DNA of 64,000 nt from Candidatus Enterousia sp. (GTDB lineage: Bacteria > Pseudomonadota > Alphaproteobacteria > Rs-D84), in NCBI GenBank assembly GCA_045617905.1, contig JAZLJO010000005.1:18211-82210 (forward strand), in the 5' to 3' direction. Below the pieces are notes generated by a model. It was given only the letters and a program-made list of their open reading frames with translations, ran no database searches and was not told the origin of the DNA. Made by a program: the position numbers and the translations under genes. This document shows, piece after piece, positions 1 to 10,643 of this stretch (the first letter of the stretch is position 1; each line of letters begins with the position of its first letter).

Positions 1-1
1 A

Positions 2-1036
2 ATTTTATTTATTGGTATAATATTTTTTCTGTGGATTGGCCGAACAATTTTAATTCCATTATTGGTGGCAGTATTTTTGTGGTATTTAATAAATGCAATT
101 TCTGCATATGGCCGAAAAATATTGCCCTTTAAAACCCCAAAAGAACACAGTATTCATCCATTTTCCGCACGATTATTTGATTGTGTGGCACATCTTGGGG
201 CTTTGGGATTATTATTGGGGTTAATTTGCCTATTTTTTACCCAAGTTCGTCCGATGTTTTCTGAATTGATGACTGCATTGCCAATGTTGCAGCAAAAATT
301 AGTTGATTTTGGTCAATTTATATCACAAAAAATTGGTATTGAATTTAATGCAACAATGTTACCAAACATTACAAAAATTGCAACCAATGTTGGAACATCA
401 CTGGCAACAATCGCAACATCGCTGGGTATGATTTCTGTGTATTTAATATTTATGTTTGTTGAACAAACAACATTCGATAAAAAATTTGCCGCCCTGTTCA
501 AAAATGCAACCCAATTAAAAAAAATGCGTTATATCACAGACAGTATTGATATCAACATGAAAAAGTATCTGTTTATGAAAACCGTAATTTCTGCTGCCAC
601 AGGCTTAATGTCATATTGCTGGCTGCATATGATTGGATTAGAATTTGCGGGTATATGGGCATTTATTGTATTTATTGCAAATTATATTCCAACGATTGGT
701 TCGTTTGTTGCATGCAGTATGCCAATTATGTTTTCATTAATAACCGCCCCAGGATTAAATCAACCAATATTGACGGCCGCAGGATTGATTAGTTTACAAA
801 TCATTTTTGGCAACATATTGGAACCACGTTTAACGGGTTCGACGTTAAACCTGTCAACACTGGCAATATTAATAAATTTGGTATTCTGGGGTCTGTTATG
901 GGGTGTTGCAGGAATGTTTTTTAGTGTTCCATTACTGGTGGCAACCTTTATTATCACCGCCCAATTTGATTCAACACGTTGGATTGCGGTCTTGTTATCT
1001 GCAGATGGACAAATACCGGATAAACGTGAAGAATAA
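2..1036 (+). CDS. AI-2E family transporter (PerM/YhhT-like permease), 5' end outside the window
   Basis: ORF track 62..1036. The frame stays open and hydrophobic back to the window edge. Multi-helix membrane protein with C-terminal block GNILEPRLTGSTLNLSTLAILINLVFWGLLWGVAGMFFSVPL, typical of the family. Confidence 0.8.
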   Translation: MLFIGIIFFLWIGRTILIPLLVAVFLWYLINAISAYGRKILPFKTPKEHSIHPFSARLFDCVAHLGALGLLLGLICLFFTQVRPMFSELMTALPMLQQKLVDFGQFISQKIGIEFNATMLPNITKIATNVGTSLATIATSLGMISVYLIFMFVEQTTFDKKFAALFKNATQLKKMRYITDSIDINMKKYLFMKTVISAATGLMSYCWLHMIGLEFAGIWAFIVFIANYIPTIGSFVACSMPIMFSLITAPGLNQPILTAAGLISLQIIFGNILEPRLTGSTLNLSTLAILINLVFWGLLWGVAGMFFSVPLLVATFIITAQFDSTRWIAVLLSADGQIPDKREE

Positions 1037-1043
1037 ATATATT

Positions 1044-1075
1044 AATAATGGGCGTTTATAAACGCCCGTTATTAA
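1044..1075. terminator. Bidirectional hairpin between convergent genes
   Basis: Perfect palindrome GGGCGTTTA/TAAACGCCC (about 1050-1067) with AT-rich extensions, lying between the stop codons of the permease (+) and ruvX (-). Confidence 0.6.
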
Positions 1076-1521
1076 TTTGTACGATTTATTACAGAAATTG
1101 CATTTTCTAAAATAACACGGGCGGATTCTGAATCTAATTTTTGTTTAATATCTTTTATCCGAACGCGTCCCATTTGTTCTTGGGCTGTGGCACTGGTTAA
1201 CGTTTCATCAATAAAAACGATTGGTAATTGCGTTAATTTTGATAATTTATCCGCAAACTCACGCACAGCATCCGTTGTTTGTGATTCCGTTCCATCGGTA
1301 TATAACGGTAAACCAATCACAATACCGACAACATTTTCACCCACGATTAAATCTGCAATTATCTTTTCTAAAAAATCCCCACGATTGATTACAATTTGTG
1401 GACGTGAAAAAACAAATTCACGCGTTGCATCCGATACGGCAACCCCGATGCGTTTGGCCCCCCAATCAATACCAATTATGCGACCAACACGCGGAAAATC
1501 CTTGAAATTTTTCAGAATCAT
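1072..1521 (-). CDS. ruvX: Holliday junction resolvase-like RuvX/YqgF
   Basis: N-terminus GRIIGIDWGAKRIGVAVSD and length about 150 aa. Start moved to the internal ATG (MILKNF...). Confidence 0.85.
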   Translation of the reverse strand: MILKNFKDFPRVGRIIGIDWGAKRIGVAVSDATREFVFSRPQIVINRGDFLEKIIADLIVGENVVGIVIGLPLYTDGTESQTTDAVREFADKLSKLTQLPIVFIDETLTSATAQEQMGRVRIKDIKQKLDSESARVILENAISVINRTN

Positions 1522-1558
1522 TGTATAATTTTCCCTGTGTTTAATAATAGGATTTGAA

Positions 1559-1852
1559 ATGGCATTTAGCAAGCAACAATTACAAAAATTCGCAGATTTA
1601 ATTCACATTGAAATATCTGATGAAAAATTAGAGCAAATGAATATTGATTCTGTAATCGATTGGTTGGATAAATTACAGAAAATAGATACCACCGGCATTG
1701 AACCAATGTTGAATCCGGCGGAACATAATTTACCATTACGTGCCGATGTTGTAACCGATGGCAATATTCGCGATCAAATTTTGGCAAATGCCCCCGATAA
1801 AACAGGTGTTGCCCGTGGATATTTTGCAGTTCCAAAGGTTATGGATGAATAA
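1559..1852 (+). CDS. gatC: Asp/Glu-tRNA(Asn/Gln) amidotransferase subunit C
   Basis: 97 aa, directly upstream of gatA. Motif ...TTGIEPM...LRAD... is typical of GatC. Confidence 0.9.
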   Translation: MAFSKQQLQKFADLIHIEISDEKLEQMNIDSVIDWLDKLQKIDTTGIEPMLNPAEHNLPLRADVVTDGNIRDQILANAPDKTGVARGYFAVPKVMDE

Positions 1853-1905
1853 TCTTTAAAAGAAAGTTTCATTTTAATAATTTAATCTAAACAAAAGATA
1901 AAATA

Positions 1906-3375
1906 ATGATAGATTTAACAATTGCCGAAGCATTGGAAAAATTAAAAAACAAAGAAATCAGTGCAACCGAATTAACACGTGCCCATTTGGATCGTATTGA
2001 AAAATACGGTGCAGATTTAAATTGCTATATTACAATAACACCGGAACGTGCAATGGCAGATGCCGCCGCCGCTGATGCCCGTATTGCAGCCGGTCAAATG
2101 CGTATATTGGATGGTATTCCAATTGAAATGAAAGATTTGTTTGCGACCCGTGGTATTCGTACGACCGCTGCATCACGTATGTTGGAAAATTTTGTTCCTG
2201 AATACGAATCTACTATTTCACAAAAATTCATCGACAGTGGTTCTGTATTATTGGGTAAATCTAATTTGGATGAATTTGCAATGGGAACATTCAGTAAGAC
2301 CAGTTTCTTTGGTGCCCCTGTTAATCCATGGCAAATGGAAAAACGTTTAACCGCCGGTGGTTCATCTGGTGGTGCAACATCTGCAATTGCATCTGGCTTG
2401 GCAATGGGTGGAACCGGGACTGATACCGGTGGTTCCATTCGTTTTCCATCTGCAATCACCGGATTGGTTGGTATGAAACCAACATACGGCTTGTGTTCAC
2501 GTTGGGGTTGCGTTGCATTTGCATCCAGTTTAGACACCCCAGGTCCAATTGCACGTACCGCCGATGATGCTGCAATTTTATTATCTGTTATGGCGGGCCA
2601 TGACCCCAAAGATTCAACCAGCACCCCAAATGCCACATTTAATTTTAGCGGTAAATTAGAACCTGTTTTGGGTAATGGTAAAAAATTACGTATTGGTGTT
2701 ATCAAAGAATTTGCAGATGTTGAAATATCTGCGGATATGAAACGCATATTTGACAAACGTATTGCTGATTTAGAATCTGCTGGTGCCGAAATTGTTCAGG
2801 TTTCAATTCCAAACATATTGGATGCATTGGCGGCATATTACATAATCGCCCCGGCCGAGGCTTCATCGAATTTGGCCCGTTATGACGGCATGCGTTATGG
2901 TTTGCGTGTTGAAGGTTCTGATTTATTAGACACATACAAAAAAACACGTGCCGCGGGTTTTGGAACCGAAGTTCAACGTCGTATGATTGTTGGTACCGCT
3001 GTATTATCCAGTGAATCGTACGAGGTTTATTTTATGCAGGCCGCACGTGTTCGTCGTATGATTGCAGACAGTTTTGATACCGCATTTAAACAATGTGATT
3101 TGATTGTTTGTCCATCTGGTGCCGGTACGGCATTACCATTGGATTCAGATTTAACACCATTGGAATATTATGCGTTGGATTTATTCACGGTTGCAATGAA
3201 TTTGGCGGGTGTCCCTGCATGCAGTGCCCCGGCCGGTTTGGCAGATAATGGTTTACCATTGGGAATTCAAATTGTTGGTCGCCGTTTTGACGATATGCGT
3301 GTATTGCAATTGGCAAAACATATCCAAGAATTCGGCGGTGTTGATAATCGTCCAACAAAGATAATGGGAAAATAA
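1906..3375 (+). CDS. gatA: Glu-tRNA(Gln) amidotransferase subunit A (amidase signature)
   Basis: 489 aa. Amidase signature GGSSGGATSAIASG...GTDTGGSIRFPSA. Confidence 0.95.
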   Translation: MIDLTIAEALEKLKNKEISATELTRAHLDRIEKYGADLNCYITITPERAMADAAAADARIAAGQMRILDGIPIEMKDLFATRGIRTTAASRMLENFVPEYESTISQKFIDSGSVLLGKSNLDEFAMGTFSKTSFFGAPVNPWQMEKRLTAGGSSGGATSAIASGLAMGGTGTDTGGSIRFPSAITGLVGMKPTYGLCSRWGCVAFASSLDTPGPIARTADDAAILLSVMAGHDPKDSTSTPNATFNFSGKLEPVLGNGKKLRIGVIKEFADVEISADMKRIFDKRIADLESAGAEIVQVSIPNILDALAAYYIIAPAEASSNLARYDGMRYGLRVEGSDLLDTYKKTRAAGFGTEVQRRMIVGTAVLSSESYEVYFMQAARVRRMIADSFDTAFKQCDLIVCPSGAGTALPLDSDLTPLEYYALDLFTVAMNLAGVPACSAPAGLADNGLPLGIQIVGRRFDDMRVLQLAKHIQEFGGVDNRPTKIMGK

Positions 3376-3387
3376 TGGTAAAAAAAA

Positions 3388-3463
3388 TGGTGGCTAGGAA
3401 CGGAATCGAACCGCTGACACAGGGATTTTCAGTCCCTTGCTCTACCAACTGAGCTACCTAGCC
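3388..3463 (-). tRNA. tRNA-Phe (GAA)
   Basis: Reverse complement is GGCTAGGTAGCTCAGTTGGTAGAGCAAGGGACTGAAAATCCCTGTGTCAGCGGTTCGATTCCGTTCCTAGCCACCA. It folds as a cloverleaf with anticodon loop CTGAAAA and an encoded CCA. Confidence 0.9.
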
Positions 3464-3515
3464 AACGGGATGCATAATAAGATAATTAAAAACAAAAAGC
3501 AAGGAAAAAGAAAAA

Positions 3516-5042
3516 ATGTTTACGATAAAAGGCAAAACAACAGATTGGGAAGTCGTCATTGGTTTGGAAACACATATCGAAGTACTGTCAAATTCCAAAA
3601 TTTTCAGCGGTGCATCGGCTGATTATAACCCAACAATTAAACCAAATACTCAGGTTTCAATGGTTGACGCAGCAATGCCTGGAATGTTACCTGTATTAAA
3701 TGAATATTGTGTTGAACAGGCAATAAAGTTTGGTTTGGGTATTAATGCGGAAATTTCCCATCGCAGCAAATTTGCACGTAAACAATATTTTTACCCCGAC
3801 CTGCCCCAAGGTTATCAAATTTCACAACCCGCCGAAGAACCACCGGTTGTTGGTCGTGGTTGGATTGAAATAATGGGTGACGATGGCAATAAAAAGAAAA
3901 TCTTTATTGAACGTGCCCATTTGGAACAAGATGCCGCAAAAAATAAACATGACATGCATCCGTCAAAATCATTTGTTGATTTAAACCGTTCTGGGGTTAC
4001 CTTATTGGAAATTGTTACATTTTTGGACACAAAAAATCCAGAAAACAATTCATATATTTCATCCCCGGACGAAGCAGAAAGATATTTACGTGAAATCCGT
4101 GAAATTGCACGTGCATTGGGCGTATCAAAGGCCAACATGGAAGAAGGTTCCATGCGTGCAGACGTTAATGTATCTGTTCGTCCCGCAGGTTCAAATGAAT
4201 TCCGTACACGTACAGAAACCAAAAATATGATTTCTTTTAAATTTATCAAAAGTGCCATTGAATACGAGGCCCGCCGTCAAATTGAAATTTATGAAAACGG
4301 TGGCACAGTCAGCCAAGATACCATGCGTTATTCTCAGGCCGATGGCACAACATCTGTTTTACGCAGCAAAGAAAACGCATTGGATTATCGTTATTTCCCG
4401 GATCCAGATTTATTACCATTAATTATTACAGATGAACAAATTGAACGCATTCGTAAAACAATGCCCGAATTACCCGCGGCCACACGTGCACGTTATATCG
4501 CCGATTATGGATTAAAAGAATATGATGCGGCCCGTTTAACCGAAACAACGGATATTTCACATTGGTTCGATTGTGCGGTGGGCAATAAAAAAGAACGCGG
4601 CAAAACCATTGCAAATTGGATGATTTCAGAATTATTTGCACACCCAGAAAATTGGGATGAAAAAAACAGTGGAAAAATTTCTGATGATCCGGATGCACCA
4701 CGTATTATTACACCATCTGATTTGGCCGAATTGGTTGATATGATTGCTGCATCAGAAATCAATGGTAAACAGGCCAAAGAAATATTTATCAAAATGTTGG
4801 ATGGCGAAACCGGAACACCACGTGAAATTGCCGATAAATTTGGTATGAAACAAATCACCGATACGGCCGCAATTGAACGCGTTATTGATGAAATAATTGC
4901 CGCCAATCCATCCCAGGTTGAACAATACAAATCTGGCAAGGTTGGATTATTAGGCTTTTTCGTGGGCAACGTTATGCGTGCCACCGGCGGCCAGGCAAAC
5001 CCCGCGGTTGTCAGTGAAATGATGAAATCAAAACTAAATTAA
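3516..5042 (+). CDS. gatB: Asp/Glu-tRNA amidotransferase subunit B
   Basis: 508 aa. N-terminus WEVVIGLETHIEL-like block, PGMLPVLN, YFYPDLPQGYQISQ. Confidence 0.95.
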   Translation: MFTIKGKTTDWEVVIGLETHIEVLSNSKIFSGASADYNPTIKPNTQVSMVDAAMPGMLPVLNEYCVEQAIKFGLGINAEISHRSKFARKQYFYPDLPQGYQISQPAEEPPVVGRGWIEIMGDDGNKKKIFIERAHLEQDAAKNKHDMHPSKSFVDLNRSGVTLLEIVTFLDTKNPENNSYISSPDEAERYLREIREIARALGVSKANMEEGSMRADVNVSVRPAGSNEFRTRTETKNMISFKFIKSAIEYEARRQIEIYENGGTVSQDTMRYSQADGTTSVLRSKENALDYRYFPDPDLLPLIITDEQIERIRKTMPELPAATRARYIADYGLKEYDAARLTETTDISHWFDCAVGNKKERGKTIANWMISELFAHPENWDEKNSGKISDDPDAPRIITPSDLAELVDMIAASEINGKQAKEIFIKMLDGETGTPREIADKFGMKQITDTAAIERVIDEIIAANPSQVEQYKSGKVGLLGFFVGNVMRATGGQANPAVVSEMMKSKLN

Positions 5043-5054
5043 AAGGAATCTTAA

Positions 5055-5426
5055 ATGAAAAAATACTTTATTCAGGCATTTGGGTGTGATCATAACAGAA
5101 AACGTGCCCAAGAAAAAATCAATAAATTTGAATCACGTGGATTTTCCGAAACGGTTGATCCATCACAGGCAAAACATGTGGTATTATATACCTGCCCTTT
5201 ACAGGTAAAAATACCATATATCAGTTCAATTCCAAGTGATATTCTGCATTTGGTAAAATTTGGAACCATTGTTGAAATTATTCCATGCAAAGGCTGTGAT
5301 TATATTAAATATCCACCTGTGCGTTCCAACACGCAATGTAGAAATCGTTCAAAAAACGAAATAATCAACATTAAATACCTTACAATGTTGGACGAAATAT
5401 TTAAAAAAAATTTCAAAACACGATAA
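5055..5426 (+). pseudogene. Decayed MiaB-like methylthiotransferase remnant (N-terminal domain plus collapsed radical-SAM motif)
   Basis: MKKYFIQAFGCDHN...FESRGF...LYTC aligns with intact MiaB MKKFFIQTFGCQMN...LESHGF...LNTC at 6195. DNA identity is visible (gaatcacgtggattt vs gaatcacatggattt). IPCKGCDYIKYPPVR resembles a degraded IQEGCNHCCTYCIVPHTR. Confidence 0.5.
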
Positions 5427-5443
5427 CAAATAAAATTTATTAA

Positions 5444-5833
5444 ATGGATTTAAATATGGAAACAAAATATTTTTTAGACGCACCAGAATGCCTTAAACTT
5501 TTAGGTTTTGAAAAATTTTTTGATAATTTTTTAAGATTTATGGGATATACAAAAACCAATCATATTGCAAATGCCGATAAAATATTTTTGGTAATATGTA
5601 CATGGATTAATGAATCCGAACGGTCAAAAAAGCTTTCTGAAATCAACGCAGAAAAGTCCCTGTTGGCCTCTGTCGATGTTATTACATGTTCCCATTGTAA
5701 AAATCTCAAAGGAAAAACAATCGGAAAAATGCGGATACGCGATTTTGAAAAAATTATAAAACCTTTTATCCAAGTTTTTCCCAACCGTCTTCGTTATATA
5801 GAACGGCACCAAAACCTGTATAAATTCAGATAA
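5444..5833 (+). pseudogene. Second diverged MTTase N-terminal-domain-like ORF
   Basis: KYFLDAPEC...GYTKTNHIANADKIFLVICT parallels MiaB FFIQTFGC...GFISTDNIADADIIILNTC. A further 50-aa ORF (5851-6003) weakly resembles the MiaB C-terminal TRAM region. Confidence 0.4.
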
Positions 5834-6194
5834 ACCACAAAGATTTAAACATGGAAAAATTAAAATATACACCAATAAAAATTGTAACAATTATTCAAAA
5901 TGACCCTATATTTGGGGTCAGATATGGAACGGTTGAAATCAACATTCCACAACGAATTGTTAAACCATTAAAAACAGTTATTTTAAAAAACAGACAACGT
6001 TAATCATGGATGATTTTTCACATGATTTTGCCGAAAAATTGATAAATGGGCACTTTTCAAATGTCATTGACATTGTTAAATATCTAAGTGCCCATGGAAT
6101 ATACCCAAAAATAAATTCTGGTAAAAACATTAATTTCAAACCATGTGTAACAGATTATATTAAACACACAAAACAAAACAGCAAATAGCCCAAA

Positions 6195-7502
6195 ATGAAA
6201 AAATTTTTTATTCAAACATTTGGTTGCCAAATGAACGTGTATGACGGTCAACGTATTGCAACATTATTAGAATCACATGGATTTATTTCAACCGATAATA
6301 TCGCCGATGCAGATATTATAATATTAAATACGTGTGCCGTCCGTGAAAAGGCCACGAATAAGGTTTATTCGGCCCTGGGGCGGATTCGTGCCGCAAAAAA
6401 GCCAGATGCATTATTTGGAATTGTTGGATGCGTTGCCCGTGAATCCGGTGCGGATGCATTTCGCAGAATCCCAGAATTAAATTTTGTATTGGGTCCGCAA
6501 AGTTATCATAAATTGCCGGAAATATTATCTGATCCGGATACAAAATTGTTTAATATTGATTTGGGTGGTTTGGAAAAATTTGACAGCATGCCCCGCCCTG
6601 CGATTTCCCCTGCGGTGGCATATATTCCAATTCAAGAAGGTTGCAATCACTGTTGCACATATTGTATTGTTCCACACACGCGTGGCCGCGAAATATCACG
6701 TTCACCACAATCTGTAATGCATGATGTTACGCATGCCGCCGAAACCGGTGCGGTGGAAATATGCTTTTTGGGTCAAAACGTTAATGGATATAATTTTGTT
6801 GATGACGCCGGAACGTCCCACAGATTATCTGAATTAATCCGTGAAACCGCCAAAATTGATGCCGTCCAGCGCATTCGTTTCACATCCAGTTATCCAACCG
6901 AAATGACCGATGATTTGATTGAAATTTTTGGAACTGAACCAAAATTATTACCGTTTTTAAACATGCCTATACAAAGTGGCAGTCCCAATGTATTGACAAA
7001 GATGAACCGTCCATATTCGTTGGATCTATATATAGATATTGTAAATAAATTACGTCACGTTCGTCCCGACATTCAAATATCCAGTGACTTTATCGTTGGT
7101 TTCCCGGACGAAACAGATGATGATTTTGAACAAACGATGGATATTGCAAAACGAATTCGTTATATAAATTCATATTCATTCAAATATTCCCCCCGCCCCC
7201 ACACCGCCGCCGCGGTAATGCCCAATCAGATTCCAGAATCCGTTAAGGCAAATCGTTTGGCAAAACTGGATTCATGTTTGAATGAAATTCAACGTGAATT
7301 TAATGAATCATGCATTGATAAAACATTTTTATGTTTATGCGATGGACCGGACAAAACGGGGCGTCATTTGGTATATCGCACACCATACATGCAACAATGT
7401 ATCGTAAATATGCCTGATGATAACACATACCCCACATTGGCCAATATCCGTATTACCGCCGCAAACAAAGCATCCCTGCGTGGCGAATTTACCGATAAAT
7501 AA
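6195..7502 (+). CDS. miaB: tRNA-2-methylthio-N6-dimethylallyladenosine synthase
   Basis: 435 aa. MTTase N domain, radical-SAM CNHCCTYC, C-terminal TRAM-like end. Confidence 0.95.
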   Translation: MKKFFIQTFGCQMNVYDGQRIATLLESHGFISTDNIADADIIILNTCAVREKATNKVYSALGRIRAAKKPDALFGIVGCVARESGADAFRRIPELNFVLGPQSYHKLPEILSDPDTKLFNIDLGGLEKFDSMPRPAISPAVAYIPIQEGCNHCCTYCIVPHTRGREISRSPQSVMHDVTHAAETGAVEICFLGQNVNGYNFVDDAGTSHRLSELIRETAKIDAVQRIRFTSSYPTEMTDDLIEIFGTEPKLLPFLNMPIQSGSPNVLTKMNRPYSLDLYIDIVNKLRHVRPDIQISSDFIVGFPDETDDDFEQTMDIAKRIRYINSYSFKYSPRPHTAAAVMPNQIPESVKANRLAKLDSCLNEIQREFNESCIDKTFLCLCDGPDKTGRHLVYRTPYMQQCIVNMPDDNTYPTLANIRITAANKASLRGEFTDK

Positions 7503-7536
7503 AAAAATTCACAAAAAAACGGCCATGCACACCATC

Positions 7537-7596
7537 ATCCCGACGCATCGGGTCCCACAAAATTTATCAATTTTGTGGGTGATATCAGGTCGGGAT
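7537..7596. terminator. Nested inverted repeats between convergent miaB and res
   Basis: Inner hairpin CCCACAAAAT-ttatca-ATTTTGTGGG (7554-7579) nested inside outer ATCCCGAC...GTCGGGAT. Confidence 0.55.
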
Positions 7597-7619
7597 ACAT
7601 AAATACTGTTTTTTGTATT

Positions 7620-10600
7620 TTATTTTGATACTAAATCAATCAAATTCGCATAATTGTCAACAACATCATATTTTATATTTCCATTACTAATTAATGCAAA
7701 ATGTTTGCGTGCGCAATCTATTTTTGCTTTTTCTATGGGACGCAAATCCAATGTTTTCATTGACCCTTTGGTTTCTGCTATGAAATATACATGTTTTACC
7801 GTCCCCTGCTTAAATGCAATTGCCCAATCTGGATTATAATGGCCAACCGGTGTTGTTATATAAAAACCCTTTGGCAATTTGGCATATACGACAACTTCGT
7901 CATTTGTTTCCAATGCATTTGCCATTTTCTTTTCCGTATCAGAATCTGCAATAACATAATTGTAAATATGATTGTTTGGTGTTGATACTGTATTATCTGA
8001 GGTTCCTTTTAAATCTGGGTCTGTAAACACATCTGTATCATATTCTTCATCCAACAAATTATATGTCACGTGTTCTATGATTGCAGTGGCCTTTTGTTCA
8101 TTAATCAAATTTACTGTTTTTGCAATAAAATCTTCGGGGTTTTGTTTAAATTGTGCGAATTTATCCGCCGATATCCCCATCAAAATTTTTGCAACACATT
8201 TGCGGGTCAACCCTGTTCCTTCGACAATTTTACCAATTAAATCGTATTTTAATTGTATTTCTGCGTTTTCTATATTTTCACGTTTCGTTTTTGGGTCATC
8301 AAATGCGGTTCCCTTTGCTAAATTATCAACAGAATCTATTTTTTGCATTGTCCCACGTGTTATAACGGCAACCAATTTTGTTACATTTAATTTATGGTCA
8401 ATGGCATTAATTGCATTTTTTACCAATTCATCTGTTTCAAATTCAACGGTGTATGCGGTTTTTTTATTGATATTTTTCCATAATTCTTGGAATTCTTTTT
8501 TATCTAAATTTACTTTATTCAATTTTACCGCGATTTTAGTTTTATTTGCATTACCAATATCCATTGGTTTGTAAATACTGCCCAAAACGTGAACGATATC
8601 TTCTTGTTTGTATTCTGGGGATAAAATCAATGTACCTGACGCTAAATCCGATTGATATTTTTCTGTTAAATGTCCGCGGTTATCAATATAACCATTACTC
8701 ATTAATCCAAATAATATATTTTGTGCCTCAACCGCCGATAATGTATGTTTTTCGCCATTTGCCAAATGAACAATTTGATTTTGGAATAAATTTAATGTTA
8801 CCTCACGCGGGCGGTCTTTTAATTCTTCGGCCATATCTTTTTGCAGGGCCAGAACAAAATCCTGATACGATTCTGATGCAATAACCGTTAACACATTAAT
8901 TTTATGCACATCATCCAAAACGGCGGAATCCATTCTTTCACCATTTTGATTTACACACAGACGTAATCCACGACCAATTTCTTGGCGTCTGGATATATTA
9001 TTATTACTGTTTTTTAATGTACATATTTGGAACACATTTGGATTATCCCATCCTTCGCGTAATGCGGAATGTGAAAATATAAAACGAACCGGTTCTGTAC
9101 GTGATAATAACCGTTCTTTATTTTTCATAATTAAATCATACGCCCTGATATCATCATCACCAACAGATGTTTCTTTACTGTTTTTAAAATTACCTTTTTT
9201 GTCTTTGGCAAAATATCCCTGATGTGATGTTTGGGCATTTGTGGCATCTAAAAAATTCTTGTATTCGGGCCAACAATCCAATTCTTGTAATTTTTCTGAT
9301 TTCAAGATTTCGTATTCTTGTTCAAACATCTGGGCGTATTTACCCGTTGATTTATCATCTGGGCGATAATTTTCAACATCGTCAATAAAGAATAACGATA
9401 ATACCTTAATCCCTTTATTAAATAATTCTTGTTCTTTATTCAAATGGCAACGAATTGTTTCACGTATTTGAATTCTGCGCAATTGATCTGCATTTACATC
9501 ACCAACAACATCACCGGTAAATATTTTTGTACCATTTTGAAATTCGATAAAATCTTGATCTGCACGAATATTGGTTATAACCCAACCATTTTTATATTCA
9601 TCCAAATGTCCCGATTTTTCATACAAATTATGTCCGACATCAACAGTTATCATTTTTTTATTTGGACTGCCATTGGCGGTTTTATAATCAATTTCTATGG
9701 TGGCGGTCGGGTTTTTATCTTTGAATGTATTTATTTTTGATAAATATACATACCCAGATGTTGCAGAATTACCGGATACAGAAACACCACGAACCTCTAT
9801 CTTTTTTACCAATTTTTGATTATATGCATCCAGTGCATCTAAACGATATACCATATTATATGGTGTTCTGTGGGTGGCAGAATATCTTAACACAAACAGT
9901 GGTTGAAACTGTTTTAACATATCTTTGGCAACCACGCCTTCCATTGATTGTGGTTCATCCAAAATTATAATTGGGTTTGTTTTTGCAATAACATCAATTG
10001 GTTTTCGCCCCTTGAACGAATCCAATGCCATATTGATTCTGCGGGCATCTTTGCCACGTGCGGCAAATGCCTGGACATTGATAATCATACAATTGATTGT
10101 GTTACTGGTGGCAAAATTTTCAACATCCCCCAAACGGGCCGAATTATAAATAAAATATCTGACCTTTTTACCATATTCTTGTTGGAAATGATCGGCGGTT
10201 ATCTGAAATGATTTATTGACCCCTTCACGAATTGCCACAGATGGAACAACAATTATGAACTTTGTCCAACCGTATCGTTTATTTAATTCATACATTGTTT
10301 TGATGTATGTATATGTTTTACCGGTTCCGGTTTCCATTTCAACGGTTAAATTTAATCCGTCCCCTTCTAATTCTGATGATGGTTTAATCCCGGCCTGTAT
10401 TTGCAAATTACGCACAGAATCCAACAAATCGTTTTTTTGTTTATACAATTGTTGATTTGCAAATGCATCCAACATCAACAAATCTTGGACACGTGCGTTA
10501 TTGCCCGGATCCAATGTATATTTAAATGGACGGCTGATTGGTTGACCGGCGAACACATCACATACCGCATTACAGGCATCGGCCTGAAATTGTTGGTGTT

Positions 10601-10625
10601 TAAACTGTAATTTCATTTCTGCCAT
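7620..10625 (-). CDS. res: Type III restriction enzyme Res subunit (SF2 helicase plus PD-ExK nuclease)
   Basis: 1001 aa. Motif I METGTGKTYTY, motif II IIILDEPQSM, helicase C-terminal block SALREGWDNPNVFQI, C-terminal nuclease NPDWAIAF...FIAETKG. Lies 18 bp downstream of mod. Confidence 0.9.
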   Translation of the reverse strand: MAEMKLQFKHQQFQADACNAVCDVFAGQPISRPFKYTLDPGNNARVQDLLMLDAFANQQLYKQKNDLLDSVRNLQIQAGIKPSSELEGDGLNLTVEMETGTGKTYTYIKTMYELNKRYGWTKFIIVVPSVAIREGVNKSFQITADHFQQEYGKKVRYFIYNSARLGDVENFATSNTINCMIINVQAFAARGKDARRINMALDSFKGRKPIDVIAKTNPIIILDEPQSMEGVVAKDMLKQFQPLFVLRYSATHRTPYNMVYRLDALDAYNQKLVKKIEVRGVSVSGNSATSGYVYLSKINTFKDKNPTATIEIDYKTANGSPNKKMITVDVGHNLYEKSGHLDEYKNGWVITNIRADQDFIEFQNGTKIFTGDVVGDVNADQLRRIQIRETIRCHLNKEQELFNKGIKVLSLFFIDDVENYRPDDKSTGKYAQMFEQEYEILKSEKLQELDCWPEYKNFLDATNAQTSHQGYFAKDKKGNFKNSKETSVGDDDIRAYDLIMKNKERLLSRTEPVRFIFSHSALREGWDNPNVFQICTLKNSNNNISRRQEIGRGLRLCVNQNGERMDSAVLDDVHKINVLTVIASESYQDFVLALQKDMAEELKDRPREVTLNLFQNQIVHLANGEKHTLSAVEAQNILFGLMSNGYIDNRGHLTEKYQSDLASGTLILSPEYKQEDIVHVLGSIYKPMDIGNANKTKIAVKLNKVNLDKKEFQELWKNINKKTAYTVEFETDELVKNAINAIDHKLNVTKLVAVITRGTMQKIDSVDNLAKGTAFDDPKTKRENIENAEIQLKYDLIGKIVEGTGLTRKCVAKILMGISADKFAQFKQNPEDFIAKTVNLINEQKATAIIEHVTYNLLDEEYDTDVFTDPDLKGTSDNTVSTPNNHIYNYVIADSDTEKKMANALETNDEVVVYAKLPKGFYITTPVGHYNPDWAIAFKQGTVKHVYFIAETKGSMKTLDLRPIEKAKIDCARKHFALISNGNIKYDVVDNYANLIDLVSK

Positions 10626-10643
10626 TGAATTGCCTCGTTAAAT

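Noticed and set aside
2094-2756. Long antisense ORFs inside strong genes. Examples: 220 aa opposite gatA, 200 aa at 7972-8574 opposite res, 215 aa at 21697-22344 opposite ftsI, 152 aa at 56121-56579 opposite secD, 168 aa at 26620-27126 opposite tatA/SPOR.
   Set aside because: Each lies entirely within a well-supported gene on the other strand. Each has low-complexity or hydrophobic shadow-frame composition, no RBS and no recognisable motif. They are typical shadow ORFs of an AT-rich genome.
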